Positions 60,101-64,000 of a stretch of 64,000 bases of DNA are shown piece by piece; the stretch's first letter is position 1, and every line of letters begins with the position of its first letter. The notes below the pieces were generated by a model. It was not told where the DNA came from, searched no databases, and worked only from the letters and a program-made list of their open reading frames with translations. The DNA comes from Fimicolochytrium jonesii (taxonomy: Eukaryota): the NCBI RefSeq assembly GCF_025526975.1, contig NW_026515671.1, positions 248,001 to 312,000 of the forward strand, read 5' to 3'. Made by a program: the position numbers and the translations under genes.

Positions 60101-60507
60101 GAAGGGCTTCCGTGTTTGTTTTCCTTTTTTACAGCCCACACAGAGTGGGGGTTCGGCGTTTTTGGTGTTGAGTTCGAAGTTGTATTCTAAACTCGCAGCT
60201 TGAAGCGCTTTGGATCTGATGTGTCCAAAACGCTGGTGCCATAGTTTATTGACGTTGCGGTCTTGGGCTTTCCCTCAAGTGCCAGAATAAACGCTTCCGG
60301 CTCTGCTTCAATATACCCTTTCAGGAACGGAAGTCGTCCATTATGGGTCACTCGCAACACGGATGTCCCATCTCGTCTGATTTCCGCATGTCCTTTTCGG
60401 AGTTGGATGTCGTAGCCCTCATCAACCAAAGGTGCCGTACTGCATAGATTTTGGCGCGCATTGGGCACATAGAGCACGTTTCAAAGGGTAATGTGTTTTT
60501 CCGGCTC
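57130..60507 (-). mobile_element. Ty1/copia remnant B, related to copia A: 3' LTR 57130-57325; pol with pre-integrase, integrase, chromodomain, RT and RNase H; 5' end cut by chromovirus copy 3
   Basis: WHQRFGH, CKKGK, HSD, IDEFSR, RCDNGGEY, QNGIAERFN, ARLVARGFTQ, QMDVKTAFL, YVDD, YSDAD; LTR shares GGAAGTAGCCGATGAAGAGTAGAACCATTACTG with the 45118 LTR. Confidence 0.92.
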
Positions 60508-63500
60508 TGTTATGATCTCGACGACGGAGGCGGAAGCGAAGTAGAGAAGCCAGGGTGAGAGTGATAGGCGACAAGAGATTGTATTGGCGAAACAAGAAAC
60601 AAGGACTAGAACAGGAGATGAGAAGAACTGGTGTTGATCTGCTGGGGAGGAAGGGAATGGACGAAGAGAGGCCGGCTATTTATAGATAGGCAACCCAGCA
60701 GATCAGAGAACAACAACCACAAGAGGGGACTGGGGGGGCGCCAGCTATGCTCCTAGAGCGTGCGTGGCGAGCGTAGAGAGCATTGCTCCAGCTGCTGGCT
60801 ATGGGGAAGTAGTGGGGGGTGTGGAGAAGCCGAGGGGGGATTGGCGAAATGAGAGGAGAGAGGGGGAGTGGCATTGACATTGACATTGACACTGACATTG
60901 ACACTGACATTGACATTGACATTGGCGTTTGACATTTGGCGGTTGACATTGGCGGCTGTCAGTAGGTAAGCTTATGGTATGGGCGCGTCGTCCATAACAT
61001 CACCCCTCTCTTGAGCGGCGGCGGCGGCGGCGTCGAGTTTGATGTGGCCGCACAGGAGGTGCTACGGGGACAGAGGAAGGCTTGTTGGGGTACGCGCTGT
61101 GGTAGTCCTGGAGGAGTGCGTCGGTATGGGTGAGGTGTTCCACGGGCTCCCAGGTGTTCTCAGAGTCAGGCCAGCCCTGCCATTTGACCAAGTACTGAAG
61201 GCGACGACGATGGATGCGAGAGTCAAGGATGGCTTTGACAACCCACTCTTCTTGACCCTCAACGGTCTCTGGGGGCGCGGGTTCGGGTTCGTGTCGTTCG
61301 GGGATGGTGAAGCGGGGTTCGAGGAGCGAGACATGGAAGACATCGTGGATTTTGTACGTAGGCGGGAGCTTGAGCCGGTAGGCGACGGGATTGATTTTTT
61401 CAACGATGGGGAATGGCCCAATCTTGCGATGGTCGAGTTTCTGAGAGGGCTGGGTTGTCTGGAGGTCTTTGCGGAGGAGCCAGACGTGGTCGCCAGGCTT
61501 GAAGTGCGGTCCAGGAATTCGTTTGGCGTCGGCGTAGCGCTTCATTTGATCTTGGGCTTCCTTGAGCTCGAGGGCGAGCTGTTCATGGACTTCCCTGATT
61601 TGTTTAGCGCGGGCTTCAGCGGCAGGGTTGACGGATTCGGAGGTAGCAGAGGCCGCGAAACTGAAGCGGGGGTGGAGACCCTTGTTGGCGTAGAAGGGGG
61701 TGGTCTGGGAGGCGGACTGATGGGTGTTGTTGTAGGCGAACTCGGCGGACGACAGAAGCTGTTTCCAGTTGTCCTGTTGGTGGTTGCAAAAGCATCGGAG
61801 ATACTGCTCCAGGATCTGGTTAGTGCGTTCCGTCTGGCCATCGCTCTGGGGGTGGAAGGCCGAGGAGAGGTTGGCTTTCGCCCCAAGGAGTTCGAGAAGT
61901 CGACGCCAGAACCGGGACTTAAACTGGGGTCCTCGGTCAGAGATGAAAACGTTGGGGAGGCCGTGGAGACGGATGATGTTGTGGAAGACTAGGTCGGCGG
62001 TGGATTTGGCGGATTCTGACTTGCTGCAGGCGAGAAAGTGGGCCATCTTGGTGAGGCAACAGTTGACGTTCAGGATGGAGTCGTACCCGTCCACGGGAGG
62101 CAGACCGGTGATAAAGTCCAGGGACCAAGATCCCCAAGGGCGGGTAGGGATACTGTTGGGCTGGAGTAGGCCGTATGGTTTGTGTCGACTGGATTTCGCT
62201 TGGCTACAGGTATCGCAGGACTTGACGTAGGCCTTGACGAAGCGCCACTGGCTGGGCCACCAGTAGTTGCGGGAGGCGAGTTCAAGCGTCTTGGACATCC
62301 CAAAGTGGCCGGCTAGGGGAGTATCGTGCATGTCGTGGCAGACTTCGGCTCGGAGCTCGTTGGTGGGGACATAGACCAGGTTATCGTGCAGCAGGATCCC
62401 ATCTTCATCTGAGAACCGCTTGATACGATCTCGGGTTTCCTCAGTTCGTTGGGCGAGGGGTATCTTGAGCTTTTCGCGAATGGTCTTAGCGAGGGGATCA
62501 GAGGCCTGGGCGGCCTTAATCTTGTCAAGCAGCGTGGTATCCATGGGTGTGAGGTAGGCAGCCGCGAGTCGAAGGCGTTCGGGAGTCAAAATTGTGGTTG
62601 CCTGGGAGCGGAACGCTTCTTCCCCCTCTTTTAGCTCATGTTCGGAGCGTCGGGAGAGGGCATCGGCTTGGTGCTGCTGGGAACCGGGGCGATAGGTAAT
62701 GACAAAGTCAAAATCCGAGAAGAATATCGACCAGCGGGCTTGGCGGCGGTTCAGGGTGCGGGTGGTCATGAAGTACAGAAGGTTTTTGTGGTCGGAGTAA
62801 ACGGTGATCTTGTGACGGGCGCCAATGAGATGGTGGCGCCACTGGGCAAAGGAGTCTTGGATGGCCAGAAGTTCCTTATCGTAGATCTCGTAGTTGATCT
62901 CTTCGGCCGTGAATTTGCGAGAGTGGAAGGCCACGGGGTGGAGCTGATTGTCCTGGTCAGGTTGGAGGAGAACTGCGCCAAGAGCGAAGTCGGAGGCGTC
63001 AGTTTCGACGACGAAGGGCTTCTCTGGGTCAGGGTGAGCAAGGATGGGGGCGTTGGTGAATGCTTTCTTCAGGTTCTCGAAGGCGGTGTTTGCGGCGGGT
63101 GTCCAGGCGTACGGGATGTCTTTCCGGGTCAGGGCTGTGAGCGGGGTAGCGATCTTGGAATAACCTTGGATGAATCGGCGATAGAAGTTGGCAAAGCCGA
63201 GGAAGCGCTGGACGCCTTTGACATTCTTGGGAGGTTCCCAATCCGTGATGGCAGCGATCTTCTTGGGGTCCATCTGGATGCCTCTCTTGGAGATGATGAA
63301 GCCTAGGACCTCAACGGATTCGCGGTTGAATTCGCACTTCTCTGGTTTGGTGTACAACCCATGCTGTCGGAGGCGGGACAAGACTTCGCGGACATGTTTG
63401 GGGTGATCTTCGGGGTTCTTGGAGAATATCAGGATATCGTCGAGGTAGACGACAACAAACACATCGAGAATGTCGCGGAAGATGTCGTTCATCAGGTACT

Positions 63501-64000
63501 GGAAGACGCCAGGAGCATTGCTGAGTCCACGGGGCATGACATTGTATTTGAATAGGCCGTAGCGGCAGCGGAAGGCGGTCTTCCATTCATCGCCCGGGCG
63601 CATGCGTAAGAGGTTATAAGCGCCGCGGAGGTCGATCTTGGTGAGACGACGGCGCCACGCAAACAATCCATGATACCGTTGATCAGGGGCAGGGGGTAGC
63701 GATTCTTCACCGTGATGCTGTTCAGGCCTCGATAATCGACGCAGAGGCGGAGAGAACTGTCCTTTTTCTTCACGAATAAGACTGGCGCACCGGCAGGGGA
63801 CTTTGAGGGTTTGATGAATCCTTTGGCGAGGTTTTCTTCGAGGTATTCGCAGAGTGCCTTCATTTCTGGTTCGCTGAGGCTGTAGATTGGGCCGAAAGGT
63901 GGCTGCTTGCCTTCTTCCAGATCGATTGGACAGTCGTAGGGCCGGTGCTCGGGGAGAGTGTCAGCATTTCTCTTTTCGAAAACGTCGGCGAAGTCTCGAT
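60508..64000 (-). mobile_element. Ty3/gypsy chromovirus copy 3: 3' LTR 60508-60999 and pol with a 1-bp frameshift near 63650; runs off the window
   Basis: Near-identical to 36500-39990; pol is split into ORFs 61000-63666 and 63492-63863. Confidence 0.95.

Overview
Eukaryotic DNA with short GT-AG introns; gene content and style suggest an early-diverging (chytrid-like) fungus, which is an inference. Positions 1-32.3 kb are gene-dense: MDM35, WDR7-like, a LisH-WD40 protein, two MFS transporters, a DUF5672 protein, NUG1/GNL3, a tyrosine phosphatase, a DUF4286-like protein, SPT6 and RCC1. At about 32,776 a KIN17/RTS2 5' fragment is cut by an LTR, and the rest of the window is a nest of transposons: three copies of a Ty3/gypsy chromovirus, several degenerate gypsy and copia elements, and a Crypton-like remnant. 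Five observations stand out. (1) A Ty1/copia element carries an antisense, intron-containing tandem-RING gene between pol and its 3' LTR. (2) A related copia has an in-frame chromodomain between integrase and RT. (3) The chromovirus shows a Tf1-type self-priming PBS and a -1 frameshift signal. (4) The transposons show CpG-biased C>T decay. (5) A shared repeat family occurs in introns of two host genes. All calls are by eye, with no database searches.
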